Origin: an uncultured Pseudomonadales bacterium
Lineage (GTDB): Bacteria > Patescibacteriota > Microgenomatia > UBA1400 > UBA12108
Assembly: GCA_964347565.1 (NCBI GenBank)
Contig: CAYFZD010000001.1
Coordinates: 3,019-67,018, forward strand
Length of the DNA: 64,000 bases
Direction of reading: 5' to 3'
Positions 12,026 through 22,212 of this stretch are shown in pieces. The number at the start of each line of letters is the position of its first letter. Within the stretch, counting starts at the first letter, position 1. The position numbers were made by a program, and so were the translations under genes. The notes under the pieces are model-generated. The model searched no databases, was not told the origin of the DNA, and saw only the letters and a program-made list of their open reading frames with translations.

Positions 12026-13480
12026 ATGAAGTACTATCTTCTGATCGCCCTGACGCTAGCCCTCCTCATTTTGTGGCCACTCCACGCACCTTCCACTTGG
12101 TATCCCATGCACGACTCTACCCATCTCACTCGCCTCAACCTTATCACCGACACGATTAACTCAGGACAGTTCCCCCCCATTTGGGCAGAGGGGATCAATA
12201 ATGGATACGGCTATCCACTCTTCCATTTTTATGCACCCCTTTTCCACTTTCTCTCATACGCCATCCACGTGCTCGGATTTGGGCTGGCTACTTCTCTTAA
12301 ACTAGCTCTTCTACTAGCTACTCTTGCGGGAGCATGGGGGATGCTAAAATGGGCAGGTCGCCGGGGCAGACTCGCCGGGACACTCGCCAGCGCCGCTTTT
12401 ATTCTCTCTCCCTACGGGGCTCTCAACCTCTATGTTCGCGGGGCTTATTCAGAATATCTCTCGCTCATGCTTCTGCCATGGGTTTTTCTTTCCTTAGAAT
12501 ATTTAAACACTCGCAAACAAGTTATTATTGCCGCCATCATGCTCTCACTTTTTTTCTTAAGTCACAACCTCGTGCCAATTCTCGCTACCCCTTTGATCAT
12601 CATTTGGGCCTTAGCCAATAATCCTACGCGTCTCAAAAATTTATTCTTGACCGCTCTCTTAGCCTTCGGTCTGACAGCCTGGTTCTTGCTCCCCGTGCTC
12701 GTTGAGCGCAGCTTCACCCAGACCGATCTAGTCGCCAAAACCACGAACTATGGACTCCACTTCGTCAATCCTGCTCAAATTTGGAATAGCACTTGGGGAT
12801 TTGGTGGCTCAGCACCTGGGGTGGAGGATGGTATGTCCTTCAAACTCGGTAAACTCCAGCTTCTCCTCGCCGGGCTTGGTGTCATCATGGCGATCAAAAA
12901 ACGCTCCCACATAGGTCTCCTCCTCGGTTTTGCCTCACTCTTTTATCTCTACCTAGCGACTCCGCTGAGTCGACCCCTCTGGGACATCCTCCCCGTTTTA
13001 CAAATGGTCCAGTTTCCCTGGCGTGCGCTCGGCGTCTCCAGTGTACTCCTCAGCTGGCTCGTTGGTTACGCGGTTGCTAGGATTCTCCCCCGTCCCTTCC
13101 GCCTGCTGATCTCTGTCTGTCTGATAGGAGCATTACTCGCCCTCAACCTCAAATATTTTTCTCCTCAGTCGATTATCTCTCCTCCAGACACCTCGCGTGA
13201 TATCGCCTCGGTCGTCCCTGAATATATGCCTCGCTGGATGAAGAATGTGCCCACCACTCCCGCTCTCCCCCTCGAGCGCGCTTATTACCCGACCTGGAAA
13301 GTTCTCCTCGATGGTCATTCAGTGCCTACTTCAGTGGATGAAAGTGGGATTTTGACTTATCCAAACCCGGATAACTCTACAAATATCCAACTAATCCAAT
13401 CTCACACTCCCCTGCAGAAATTTGCCTACGCCATCACCCTATTTACTGTTTTACTGACGATCATTTATGCCAAACATTAA
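12026..13480 (+). CDS. Polytopic membrane protein, HD-motif family (paralog family C)
   Basis: Loop WYPMHDSTHLTRL...GQFPPIWAEGINNGYGYP is paralogous to the N-terminus of 32092-34422 (THDGIFHLIR...GHFPVRWAGSLDNGFGLP). Confidence 0.55.
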   Translation: MKYYLLIALTLALLILWPLHAPSTWYPMHDSTHLTRLNLITDTINSGQFPPIWAEGINNGYGYPLFHFYAPLFHFLSYAIHVLGFGLATSLKLALLLATLAGAWGMLKWAGRRGRLAGTLASAAFILSPYGALNLYVRGAYSEYLSLMLLPWVFLSLEYLNTRKQVIIAAIMLSLFFLSHNLVPILATPLIIIWALANNPTRLKNLFLTALLAFGLTAWFLLPVLVERSFTQTDLVAKTTNYGLHFVNPAQIWNSTWGFGGSAPGVEDGMSFKLGKLQLLLAGLGVIMAIKKRSHIGLLLGFASLFYLYLATPLSRPLWDILPVLQMVQFPWRALGVSSVLLSWLVGYAVARILPRPFRLLISVCLIGALLALNLKYFSPQSIISPPDTSRDIASVVPEYMPRWMKNVPTTPALPLERAYYPTWKVLLDGHSVPTSVDESGILTYPNPDNSTNIQLIQSHTPLQKFAYAITLFTVLLTIIYAKH

Positions 13481-14813
13481 AACCTGGCTACTATTCTTTT
13501 TCGCTACATTGGTCGCCTACGCTGGCTCTCTCCGTTACGGGTTCTCCCAGGACGACTGGTACTTTCTCTTGATTTCTGACGCTCACAACCTCTCTGATAT
13601 GCTTAATTTTTTTAACCCGCTTGCCCAGTCTGGCTTTGCTTTCTTTCGCCCGCTTGGTACCCAACTATATTATTTGCTCTTCAATATGCACCCACTTTCC
13701 ATGCATCTGTTTATGCTCACAGTGCAAGCTCTCAATGGCTATTTAGTTATGCGCCTGGTGGGGAGGCTTAAATTAAAGTCCCCGACTCCTCTCATTGTGG
13801 GTTTGCTCTACACGATCTCTTCTGTCCACTTCCTCTCGCTCTTCTATATCGCCGCCACCCAGCAGCTGCTCGCCGCCACCTTCTCGCTCCTCTCATTGAT
13901 CTTTTTTCTCGATAGTAAATATCGATCAAGTGCCGCGCTCTTTGCTCTCGCCTTGTTATGTAAAGAAACTGCTATTGTAGTGCCAGGAGTCGCCCTGATT
14001 CTTACTCTCATCAGCCAATTACGACCCAAGCTTAAGCTATTTTTACCCTATGCGCTCGTCTTTGTTATTTATCTCCTCATACGTCTGGCTACTAGTTCGG
14101 GCGTCCAAAGCGAATATCAACTCACCCTTGGCCCCTCCCTCCTCACCAACCTCCGCTGGTACTACTTATTTGCCGCCAACCTACCAGAAGCCTTGGTCAG
14201 CTATGGCCTACCGCGCATGGGGATCAACTTTACTCAATTCATTCACGATTTTGGCATTTCAGCTTGGGTCATCATGATCAGTACAGGTCTGATATCCCTA
14301 TTTACCTTCATTCGCCTTATATATACTCGCCGTTGGCTCTATATCTTGTGGTTTGTCGTCTCCCTCGGTCCCATCCTCCTCCTGAGAGACCACCTCTACC
14401 CGCATTACCTCGATCTCGCCCTCATTCCTTTCCTTTTATTACTCACCCAGGATTTAAAAGTCAAATACCAATACTTAATCTCTCTCATATACATATTGGC
14501 GGCGATATACTCAATCCAGTTTAGCCAGGCTCACCACTGGACTACGGGGAGGGCAATTATGTCCTCGAGTGCTCAGACAAAACTAGACTGGAGCGAGATT
14601 TGTAGCCACGACTCGGTCGCATTCGTGGGGGAGGGGAGCCGACCACTTGAGCTCTCCTACACTCTCTCTTTGGAGAATGGCCCCAGAGTAATCTGTCAGA
14701 ATCCTGCGCTCAAGGTATACTACTTGACCGCCGAAGCCTTGGCGAAGGAGGTCGGGAAGAATACAATATCAGGGGAAGCCTACCTCGTCCCAATCGACTC
14801 TGTATTTGAATAA
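13467..14813 (+). CDS. GT-C family membrane glycosyltransferase (PMT/TMTC-like)
   Basis: First loop RYGFSQDDWYFLL (DD motif) after TM1, followed by a multi-TM body. Overlaps the upstream gene by 14 nt. Confidence 0.6.
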   Translation: MPNIKTWLLFFFATLVAYAGSLRYGFSQDDWYFLLISDAHNLSDMLNFFNPLAQSGFAFFRPLGTQLYYLLFNMHPLSMHLFMLTVQALNGYLVMRLVGRLKLKSPTPLIVGLLYTISSVHFLSLFYIAATQQLLAATFSLLSLIFFLDSKYRSSAALFALALLCKETAIVVPGVALILTLISQLRPKLKLFLPYALVFVIYLLIRLATSSGVQSEYQLTLGPSLLTNLRWYYLFAANLPEALVSYGLPRMGINFTQFIHDFGISAWVIMISTGLISLFTFIRLIYTRRWLYILWFVVSLGPILLLRDHLYPHYLDLALIPFLLLLTQDLKVKYQYLISLIYILAAIYSIQFSQAHHWTTGRAIMSSSAQTKLDWSEICSHDSVAFVGEGSRPLELSYTLSLENGPRVICQNPALKVYYLTAEALAKEVGKNTISGEAYLVPIDSVFE

Positions 14814-14814
14814 T

Positions 14815-16284
14815 ATGAGCAGTCTAAACATCGATAACATCAAATTGAAGGCGTTTAAGGGAGTCTTTACCCTCACTTTCCGTCGCCTCATCCTCAAAGT
14901 GATCGACACGGTGGGTGTTATCATCCTTGCCCGCGCCCTCACTCAGGACGTCTTTGGGATTTTTGGTATTATCAGCTTCGTCGTCTTTACTTTTCTCTCA
15001 TTCTTTTCTGATATTGGTTTTGGCGCGGCACTCATCCAGAAAAAAGAAGAGCTCACTCAGAATGACATCCGCACTACCTTCACGATCCAACAGTCTCTCG
15101 TCACTCTACTCCTGATCATCGCTTGGCTTGCCTCACCCTCCATCTCCCACTTCTATAACTTGGGATTGCAGGGGATTTGGCTGATCCGCGTTCTCTCCCT
15201 CTCTCTCTTTATCACCTCTTTCAAAACTATTCCCTCGATCCTCCTGGAGCGGGAGTTGAGATTCGAGAAGCTCGTCATCCCAGAGATCATCGAGACCTTG
15301 GTTTATAACGCCATCGCTGTCTACATGGCTCTCCACGGATATGGAGTCTGGAGCTTGGTGATTGCGATCCTTGCTAGAGTAGTGACCGGTGCCCTCGCCC
15401 TCAATTTGCTCTCTCCTTGGCGTATTGGCTGGGCATACTCGGCTACTTCTGCCCGCGCACTCCTCTCCTTTGGCGTCCCTTACCAATTAAATAGTGTCTT
15501 GGCCCTCATCAAAGACAATATTACCCCCACTCTGATCGCCTATTGGTATGGTCCTGCCGCCGTGGGGTTTGTGAATTTGGCCCAAAATATCGCCACCCGC
15601 CCCATGGAGATCATCAACATTGTCTCTCGTGTGATGTTCCCAGCTTATTCACGTCTCCAGCATGACACCGAGAGACTCAAACGCTGGATCGAGAAATCGG
15701 TCTCATTCATGGCCTACCTCTATATGCCAGCCATCACCGGGCTCCTCATCACCGCTCGCCCCATCCTCGAGTATCTCTACGCCGATAAGTCAGCCAAATG
15801 GCTCCCTTCACTACCCACGCTCCTGCTTTTCTTGGCCGGCGCCTACCCGATCATTGTCACGACCACCTATACCAACGCACTCTATGCCCTGGGTAAGCCT
15901 AAGGTGGTCTTGGCGCTCATGGCGCTCTATACTACGCTCACTTGGGTACTTGGAGTCCCACTGATCTACAAATATGGCTACGTCGGTATCGCCTTAGCCG
16001 GCTTTATCATTACTTATATAACCTTCCCGATCGTGATCCGAGAAATGAACAAAGTCGTTCGCATCTCCACCTGGGATTCACTAAAGCGTCCTCTACTAGC
16101 CAGTCTGATCATGGCGGGTGTGACCTATTATGTCAACGCCACCTTTACCCACTCACTACCCTCGCTCCTTTTCACCTGTATGGTGGGAATGGTAACATAT
16201 CTCTTGGCCATCTACTTGCTAGACGGATCCAAGCTGAAAAATGAGTTTGCTAGCTGGTTTGCGCTCATCGGTCGAAGATCCTGA
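14815..16284 (+). CDS. wzx: Polysaccharide biosynthesis protein / oligosaccharide flippase (MOP superfamily, Wzx-like)
   Basis: 489 aa with about 12-14 TM helices. N-terminus KGVFTLTFRRLILKVIDTVGVIILARAL is typical of Wzx/PST family proteins. Confidence 0.7.
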   Translation: MSSLNIDNIKLKAFKGVFTLTFRRLILKVIDTVGVIILARALTQDVFGIFGIISFVVFTFLSFFSDIGFGAALIQKKEELTQNDIRTTFTIQQSLVTLLLIIAWLASPSISHFYNLGLQGIWLIRVLSLSLFITSFKTIPSILLERELRFEKLVIPEIIETLVYNAIAVYMALHGYGVWSLVIAILARVVTGALALNLLSPWRIGWAYSATSARALLSFGVPYQLNSVLALIKDNITPTLIAYWYGPAAVGFVNLAQNIATRPMEIINIVSRVMFPAYSRLQHDTERLKRWIEKSVSFMAYLYMPAITGLLITARPILEYLYADKSAKWLPSLPTLLLFLAGAYPIIVTTTYTNALYALGKPKVVLALMALYTTLTWVLGVPLIYKYGYVGIALAGFIITYITFPIVIREMNKVVRISTWDSLKRPLLASLIMAGVTYYVNATFTHSLPSLLFTCMVGMVTYLLAIYLLDGSKLKNEFASWFALIGRRS

Positions 16285-16307
16285 GCGTAGTCGAAGGAAA
16301 ATAAAAT

Positions 16308-17927
16308 ATGAAAGAAAAAATCTCAGTTATTATCCCCACGGTGAACGCCTTTGAAGAACTCGATCTTGCGATCGAGAGTATCAAAAAAAACTCTGACCAC
16401 CCCATCGAATTTGTCATTGTCATCGACCCCGATATGAATACCGGCAAAGTAAACGATGATATCCTCAAAGTCTGTAAAAAACAAGGAGTCAAAGCCTGGG
16501 TAAACAAAGAGAATTTGGGACCCTACGGCAACTGGAACCGGGGAGCTGAGGTAGCCACAACCGATTGGCTCGTGTTTGCGACCGACGACCAATATTTTGC
16601 GCCTCACTGGGACTCTAATTTGCTCAAGTATTGGCAGCCCAAGAGACTTATTTCAGGTCGTCTCATCGAGCCTGGGATCATCCCCGTCTACAAAACCAAT
16701 ATCCAGCAAGATTTTGGGGTGCTACCCTCTGAATTTAGGGAAAAAGATTTTATCGCTTGGTGCCAAAGGCGTAAGGTAACTGGTTATACCCCAGACGGAT
16801 TCTTCATTCCCATGCTCCAGAAAAGGGCTGATTATGACGTTCTCGGTCACTATCCGGTCGCGGGCAAATTTGGGACTAGTACTGCCGTTAGTAACGACTA
16901 TCTCTATGTTCAAGCCGCACTCAAAAAAGGGTATGAGTTTGGCACCGCAGAAGACTCCTATTCTTACCATTTCCAAGCCAGTTCCTGGAAGAAAAAAACC
17001 TTGAAGCCGAGTGTCGCGGCGATTGTCCTCACCAAAAATGAAGAGCGTGACCTCGCCAAGTGTCTGAAATCTCTCGCTTGGGTCAGCGATATTTTTATCA
17101 TCGACTCTGGCTCCTCTGACAAGACTCTCTCCATCGCCAAACAATTTAAGGCCAAAATATTCACGCGAGAACTCGACAATTTTAGTGCCCAGCGCAACTT
17201 CGCCCTCTCCAAAGTAGGGAGTTACAACTGGGTACTGATGGTCGACGCCGATGAAGTGGTAGAGCCGGAGCTAGCCAAAGAACTGCAATTTTTTGCCAAA
17301 GATATCTACTTAGACGGAGTAAACGTCCCGCGCAAGAACTATATTTTTGGCAGATGGATCGAACATACCGACTGGTATCCGGATCATCGCCTCGTCTTTT
17401 TCCGTCCCAAGATGGTGCAATATGCTGGCGACGTGCATGAGCGACCTACGTTCGTGAAGGGGAACGGGACGACTGCGACCTCAACCCACCATCTACTCCA
17501 CCACAACTACGACAGTGTGCGTGAGTTCGTCGCGAAAAATCTCGTGGACTACCCAATGCAATATGCCCAAGTTTTACACGCCGACAAAGTCAAGTTCACA
17601 GCTCTAGACTTACTTTCCAAACCCCTCGCTGAGTTTATGCGACGCTTCTTCCTGACATCGGGCTACAAGGACGGTCTCTATGGTCTCATCTTGAGTGCCC
17701 TCATGGGTGTCCAAACACTTGTGGCCTACTGTTACCTCTGGGAGCTCCAGGGCAAGCGGGAGGAGCTCACGACACAGGAAACACAATCCCTATTTAACTC
17801 ACTGCGTGGCAAATCTAGTGAGCTATCCTACTGGCTCACCACTTTGGCCATAGAAAGTGCCTCCGGTGCTACCAAACTCTTCCACCGAGCTCATCGCAAA
17901 GCCTTAAAACTAGTGAAAGGCCTATGA
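16308..17927 (+). CDS. Tandem double-GT2 glycosyltransferase
   Basis: Domain 1: ISVIIPTVNAFEEL...FATDDQ. Domain 2 begins near aa 230: VAAIVLTKNEERDL...IIDSGSSDKT...VDADEVV, with a WaaE/KdtX-like amphipathic tail GYKDGLYGLIL...YLWELQG. Confidence 0.8.
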   Translation: MKEKISVIIPTVNAFEELDLAIESIKKNSDHPIEFVIVIDPDMNTGKVNDDILKVCKKQGVKAWVNKENLGPYGNWNRGAEVATTDWLVFATDDQYFAPHWDSNLLKYWQPKRLISGRLIEPGIIPVYKTNIQQDFGVLPSEFREKDFIAWCQRRKVTGYTPDGFFIPMLQKRADYDVLGHYPVAGKFGTSTAVSNDYLYVQAALKKGYEFGTAEDSYSYHFQASSWKKKTLKPSVAAIVLTKNEERDLAKCLKSLAWVSDIFIIDSGSSDKTLSIAKQFKAKIFTRELDNFSAQRNFALSKVGSYNWVLMVDADEVVEPELAKELQFFAKDIYLDGVNVPRKNYIFGRWIEHTDWYPDHRLVFFRPKMVQYAGDVHERPTFVKGNGTTATSTHHLLHHNYDSVREFVAKNLVDYPMQYAQVLHADKVKFTALDLLSKPLAEFMRRFFLTSGYKDGLYGLILSALMGVQTLVAYCYLWELQGKREELTTQETQSLFNSLRGKSSELSYWLTTLAIESASGATKLFHRAHRKALKLVKGL

Positions 17928-18850
17928 AAAAATCTCTCAAGATAAAGCACGCGGTCGTGCTTGTCAACTACAAAGTCTCAAAGGACACGATTGCTTGTGT
18001 GAAATCGATAGAAAAATGCAAAGATGCTCCCCATATTATCGTTGTCGACAATGGCTCGAGCGCAGAAGTAGTCCAAGAATTACGTGAAGCCTGTCCTGGT
18101 CTAGACATCATTGCCTCACCCACGAATGTCGGTTTCTCAGCGGGGAATAACCTTGGCATCAAAAAAGCCCTCAAGCTTGGTGCCCAGGTCGTCTATATCT
18201 TAAACAACGACACCCTCGTCGATCCCAACCTGTTTTTCCGGAGCTTCCGCTACGTGGCGGGCAAAAATCGCATCGCCGGGGGCAAAATCTACTATGCCAA
18301 AGGATACGAATTCCACGACGATCAAAAAGGGCAGGGGAATATCCTTTGGTACGCTGGGGGATACTTTAACTGGGAGAGTGTGATCGCGACTCATTACGGC
18401 GTCGACGAGGTCGACCATGGGCAGTACGACAAAATTAGGCCCGTCGACTTTATCACCGGATGTTTCCTCGCCGTCCCCCGCCAGGTTTTTCACAAGATTG
18501 GATTACTTGACGAACCTTTCTTCCTCTACCTCGAAGACACGGATTTCTGTCTTCACGCCAAAAAATTGGGTATCGAGGTCATGTACAACCCCAACTTAGT
18601 AATTTATCACTGCAACTCGAGCTCCACGGTCGCGGGGAGTCCACTGGTCGACTATTACATCACCCGTAACCGCTTCTTTATCGGCCGTCGCTATGGTACT
18701 CTCCGCCTCCGTTTTGCGCTTTTGCGCGAGGCACTATTTAGGAACTGGAGTTCGAGCGTCCGTCGCCTGGCATTTTTTGACTATCTATTTGGTAGAATGG
18801 GTAATAGAAATGAAGCAATCTTCGCCCTTGCGGCCAAATTGGATAAATAG
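17924..18850 (+). CDS. GT2 glycosyltransferase (rhamnosyltransferase WbbL-like)
   Basis: AVVLVNYKVSKDT, IIVVDNGSS and NVGFSAGNNLGI motifs. ATGA overlap with upstream gene. Confidence 0.8.
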   Translation: MKKSLKIKHAVVLVNYKVSKDTIACVKSIEKCKDAPHIIVVDNGSSAEVVQELREACPGLDIIASPTNVGFSAGNNLGIKKALKLGAQVVYILNNDTLVDPNLFFRSFRYVAGKNRIAGGKIYYAKGYEFHDDQKGQGNILWYAGGYFNWESVIATHYGVDEVDHGQYDKIRPVDFITGCFLAVPRQVFHKIGLLDEPFFLYLEDTDFCLHAKKLGIEVMYNPNLVIYHCNSSSTVAGSPLVDYYITRNRFFIGRRYGTLRLRFALLREALFRNWSSSVRRLAFFDYLFGRMGNRNEAIFALAAKLDK

Positions 18851-20243
18851 CTTAGGTTTGTTTTTTGCGCTTTCTGTTGGTTTTGTGCTTTATCTTCGCC
18901 TCGGTCGTGACTTTCTCTTTGACTGGGATGAAGGGATCTACGCTGAGCTTGGGAGACAGCTCCTCGCGACCAAGGATTTCCTGGTCGCTTCCTGGAACGG
19001 CGCTCCCTGGCTCGAGAAGCCTCCTGGTATTGCCTGGGTTTCTGCACTAGGCATCATGTTTGGCGGTGAGACTGCCTATGGTGCCCGCCTCCTCATGCCA
19101 TTATTTGCGGTCTATACCCTCTACATCGTCTATCGGATTGGGACTCATCTGGGGGGATGGAAACATGGTCTGATTGCGGCGGGGGTACTCGCCACCTTCA
19201 ATCTGTTTCTCGGTCGCACACGGGCCGTGAATACCGACATGCCACTCCTTGCGAGCATCACGACTACAGTGTTATTTTTACTCGAAAATCGTCCCGCTTG
19301 GTGGGTAGCTTTCTCGGTCTTTGGGGGAGTCTGGTTCAAAGGGATCGCCGGTTTACTCTCTGTAATTATCGCTCTCCCACTTCTCCTCTCCAAATCAAAA
19401 AAATTCCTCGCATTGTTCATTATTTATTGTTCATTGTTCATTATCCCTTGGCATCTCTACACTTATCTCAAATACGGTCAGGATTTCTTGACTCCCTATT
19501 TCTATGAGCAAGTCCTGCGTCGCGCCACGGCCCAGATAGAGTTTCATTTTGAGACTCGCTGGTACTACTTTAATTATCTCTACGAAAATTTGGGGCTTGG
19601 AGTGTTACTCGTTTCTTTTGTGGGGGCGCTCGCGACTCTCATGAGCAAAAAAAATTGGTATCTCTTGTGGTGGGTTTTCTCCCCACTCGCCATCTTCACA
19701 CTCGCCAAGACGAGACTCTTTTGGTACATTTTACCCGTATACCCTGCCCTCGCCCTGCTCATTGCCCAGGCAATTGGAGCGTGGCAAAAAGATCGGACTT
19801 CCCGGGGCGTAGTTGCCATTCTAGCCATAGGGATTTGGGCACAGGCACTTCTGCTCTCAGCCCGCTCAGTCGAATATAGGAAATTCGCCTCCCCCGTTCC
19901 GGATCGTATCTATGTTGCCCAGGAATTAGGCCGACTCACAAGTGACGAGCTCCTCATCCTCGTCCCGCCCTCTGAGCGCCTCGCCGAGGCTCTCCTGCCA
20001 TCAGTGGCTCGTCTTACCTCTAGTTTCCGCTACGGAGGGATGCCCTCGGTCGTGTTCTATTATGGTGGACCCGTTGAGTTTTACTACGACGTCGACAAGT
20101 TTCGGGCGGATTGGACCAAACAGCCCTCACCCACGGCACTCATAGCCACAGAGGACGCCCAGCTCGTTCCTGGCTCAAGCAATACTATCGTTTCTACCAA
20201 AACCTATCTGGGTATCCAGAAGGGGGTCTATGCTCTCCGTTAG
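18810..20243 (+). CDS. GT-C family membrane glycosyltransferase (ArnT/PMT-like)
   Basis: Loop DWDEGIYAELGRQLL (DE motif), more than 10 TM helices and a C-terminal soluble domain. In-frame Met at 18810; the tracked ORF at 18693 overlaps the upstream gene. Confidence 0.65.
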   Translation: MKQSSPLRPNWINSLGLFFALSVGFVLYLRLGRDFLFDWDEGIYAELGRQLLATKDFLVASWNGAPWLEKPPGIAWVSALGIMFGGETAYGARLLMPLFAVYTLYIVYRIGTHLGGWKHGLIAAGVLATFNLFLGRTRAVNTDMPLLASITTTVLFLLENRPAWWVAFSVFGGVWFKGIAGLLSVIIALPLLLSKSKKFLALFIIYCSLFIIPWHLYTYLKYGQDFLTPYFYEQVLRRATAQIEFHFETRWYYFNYLYENLGLGVLLVSFVGALATLMSKKNWYLLWWVFSPLAIFTLAKTRLFWYILPVYPALALLIAQAIGAWQKDRTSRGVVAILAIGIWAQALLLSARSVEYRKFASPVPDRIYVAQELGRLTSDELLILVPPSERLAEALLPSVARLTSSFRYGGMPSVVFYYGGPVEFYYDVDKFRADWTKQPSPTALIATEDAQLVPGSSNTIVSTKTYLGIQKGVYALR

Positions 20244-20994
20244 CACACAGATCGCTCGTGGCGACGATCTCGCTACTTTTGCCCAAATGTTAAAAAGTGT
20301 GGAGTTTGCAGGGGAGCTCATCATCTTTAACATGGAGCGGACTGACGCGCCCGCCCTCGCTCTCTTTAAAAGATTTAATGCGCGTGTGATAGAGGTTGTG
20401 ACCCCCAAGATTGTCGAGGGTATTCGGGCTAGGCAGGTCAAAGAAGCAAAAGGGGAGTGGGTACTCATCATGGATTTTGACGAAGTTGTCACCCCCTCAC
20501 TCCAAGGAGAAATTAAGGCATTGATTGATAACCTCGCTTCCTGTTCGTCCTACGCGATCCCCAGGGACAACTACTCTCTAGGTTACCCATTGCGCCATGG
20601 AGGCTGGGAGCGCGACTATGTCGTGCGTCTGATCCGCAAGAATGATTTTATGGATTGGCCCACTAATATTCATAGCTCGCCGGTGATGAAGGGGAGTATG
20701 ATCAAGACTCTCCATCCCATGGAGCATCACAAAGATGCCAGTCTCTCTCAGATGGTCGAGAAAACCAACCGCTATAGCGACATCGAAGCAAAATTATTTT
20801 TTGACGGACACCTCCCTCCTGTCTCCGCCCTCACTTTAATTCGCAAAAGTGGGATGGAATTCCTCCGCCGCTATATTCTCAAAAAAGGTTTTCTCGACGG
20901 GGCCATCGGCCTCCTCCAATCTCTCTATCAAAGTTATTCTGTCTTCATCACCTACGCCAAGCTCTACGAGCTCCAACACAAATCAAAATCATGA
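20230..20994 (+). CDS. GT2 glycosyltransferase, WaaE/KdtX-like subfamily (variant nucleotide-binding motif)
   Basis: MDFDEVV (DxD) and C-terminal GFLDGAIGLLQSLYQSY...YELQH are paralogous to 31317-32090 and to domain 2 of 16308-17927. The first Asp of the usual VVD motif is Asn (IIFNME). Confidence 0.65.
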   Translation: MLSVSTQIARGDDLATFAQMLKSVEFAGELIIFNMERTDAPALALFKRFNARVIEVVTPKIVEGIRARQVKEAKGEWVLIMDFDEVVTPSLQGEIKALIDNLASCSSYAIPRDNYSLGYPLRHGGWERDYVVRLIRKNDFMDWPTNIHSSPVMKGSMIKTLHPMEHHKDASLSQMVEKTNRYSDIEAKLFFDGHLPPVSALTLIRKSGMEFLRRYILKKGFLDGAIGLLQSLYQSYSVFITYAKLYELQHKSKS

Positions 20995-21716
20995 AAAAGG
21001 AAACTTTCGTTTTACTCCCTGGCTACGATGGAGATGGGATCGGCACTTTTTCTGAGTTAAATAGCTTACTTTCGGTCAAGCATAATTGCCTCGTCATCAA
21101 CTATCCCTATTACGGCCAAACCGACAGAGTCTATACACTTGACGAATTAGTCTCATATGTACACAAAATCACTAATCAGCGCAAACTTTCCCGTTTTCAT
21201 TTGGTTGGTTTTTCCATGGGCGGATTTGTTGCCGCAGCCTATGCCATCAGATATTCCTCCCAACTCAAGTCGTTGACCTTAATAAGCTCCGCCGTGACCC
21301 CTCTCTTATCTCCCCTCAATCAGCTCTCACTCGTGATGGCATATCATCTCTTCAAAATTCCTCTTCTCGCCAGATTATTCTCCCTTATATACTGTTCCCC
21401 TTATCTCAGCGATATGGTGAAGGATTCTCCCTTGCCCCCACCTAGGGATAATTTTCCGGTAGCGGAGGGATACCCAGTCTTTGGCACGCTAGCCAATGTT
21501 TTATACGAATCAACTCATTCGCAATTATCTACCCAAGCTAAGCTGGCAAAACTAGTCAAAAAAGCGATTCTTTTTGCCGACGACCCCTCGTTTCCTGCGG
21601 CGATCTACTCGCCTATACTCACAGATCTAGGATTCCGCATAGTCGTTCACGACCACGGCGGCCACGCAACACACCCTGATTATTGGAATATAGTGGGAAA
21701 GGACCTACTACGTTAA
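20991..21716 (+). CDS. Alpha/beta-hydrolase fold protein (esterase/lipase-like)
   Basis: Nucleophile elbow HLVGFSMGG (GxSxG) with a His near the C-terminus. ATGA overlap with upstream gene. Confidence 0.65.
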   Translation: MKKETFVLLPGYDGDGIGTFSELNSLLSVKHNCLVINYPYYGQTDRVYTLDELVSYVHKITNQRKLSRFHLVGFSMGGFVAAAYAIRYSSQLKSLTLISSAVTPLLSPLNQLSLVMAYHLFKIPLLARLFSLIYCSPYLSDMVKDSPLPPPRDNFPVAEGYPVFGTLANVLYESTHSQLSTQAKLAKLVKKAILFADDPSFPAAIYSPILTDLGFRIVVHDHGGHATHPDYWNIVGKDLLR

Positions 21717-21732
21717 TTCGAATTATCGTAGT
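21707..21732. promoter_or_regulatory. 26-bp near-palindromic operator-like site (copy 1): ACTACG-ttaATTCGAATtat-CGTAGT
   Basis: 24/26 self-complementary around a TTCGAA core. Spans the hydrolase stop codon and ends 9 nt upstream of the regulator ATG. 25/27 identical to copy 2 at 22187-22212. Confidence 0.45.
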
Positions 21733-21740
21733 ATAGATGT

Positions 21741-22184
21741 ATGTCTCAAGTATCTAAATATCAATTAAGCAACAAAATCTACACCAAAATTTTCAGTTTA
21801 TTCCCTCAGTTTCTGTATCGAATGACAAGTCACGGCAAACAAGCTGAGCTAGTGGACGCTTTTTTTACTCGTACTGAAAAAGTCGTGATCGCCAAGCGAG
21901 TTGCTATCGCCTTCATGCTCGTCAAAGGATATAAATATGACCAAATAGTCGGAAAACTCAAAGTTAGTCACGGTACAGTAGCCAAAATTGCTGATTCGTT
22001 AAAATCTCATAGTGATAGTGTTACTCAGGAACTCGGTAGCATCGCCAAGGAAGATTCATTTACCGACTTTTTGAATGCCATCGGATACCAAGCATCTAAA
22101 CTCCTCCCCCCAAAGGGTGGTAACTGGTCTGACTGGAGAGGTAGAATAGAACAAGAGAAGAAGGATGCAGAAACACCATTCTAG
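21741..22184 (+). CDS. Putative DNA-binding protein, TrpR/YerC-YecD-like
   Basis: 147 aa. Segment VIAKRVAIAFMLVKGYKYDQIVGKLKVSHGTVAKIADSL resembles the Trp-repressor-like HTH of YerC/YecD family proteins. Gene is bracketed by the two palindromic sites. Confidence 0.45.
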   Translation: MSQVSKYQLSNKIYTKIFSLFPQFLYRMTSHGKQAELVDAFFTRTEKVVIAKRVAIAFMLVKGYKYDQIVGKLKVSHGTVAKIADSLKSHSDSVTQELGSIAKEDSFTDFLNAIGYQASKLLPPKGGNWSDWRGRIEQEKKDAETPF

Positions 22185-22186
22185 AT

Positions 22187-22212
22187 ACTACGATGATTCG
22201 AATTATCGTAGT
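22187..22212. promoter_or_regulatory. 26-bp near-palindromic operator-like site (copy 2): ACTACG-atgATTCGAATtat-CGTAGT
   Basis: 24/26 self-complementary. Starts 3 nt after the regulator stop and ends 12 nt upstream of the GATase ATG. Confidence 0.45.

Noticed and set aside
16323-17212. Several 80-140-aa minus-strand ORFs inside the dual-GT2 gene (16323-16607, 16722-17144, 16964-17212)
   Set aside because: They are antisense to a well-supported GT2 coding region and lack motifs or start contexts. They are typical shadow ORFs.
18693-18809. 5' extensions of GT-C and membrane genes from the six-frame track (18693, 32014, 7066, 9370)
   Set aside because: Each extension overlaps the preceding gene. 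In-frame Met codons located at or just before the upstream stop (18810, 32092, 7132, 9391) give the ATGA or short-overlap pattern seen throughout the operon.
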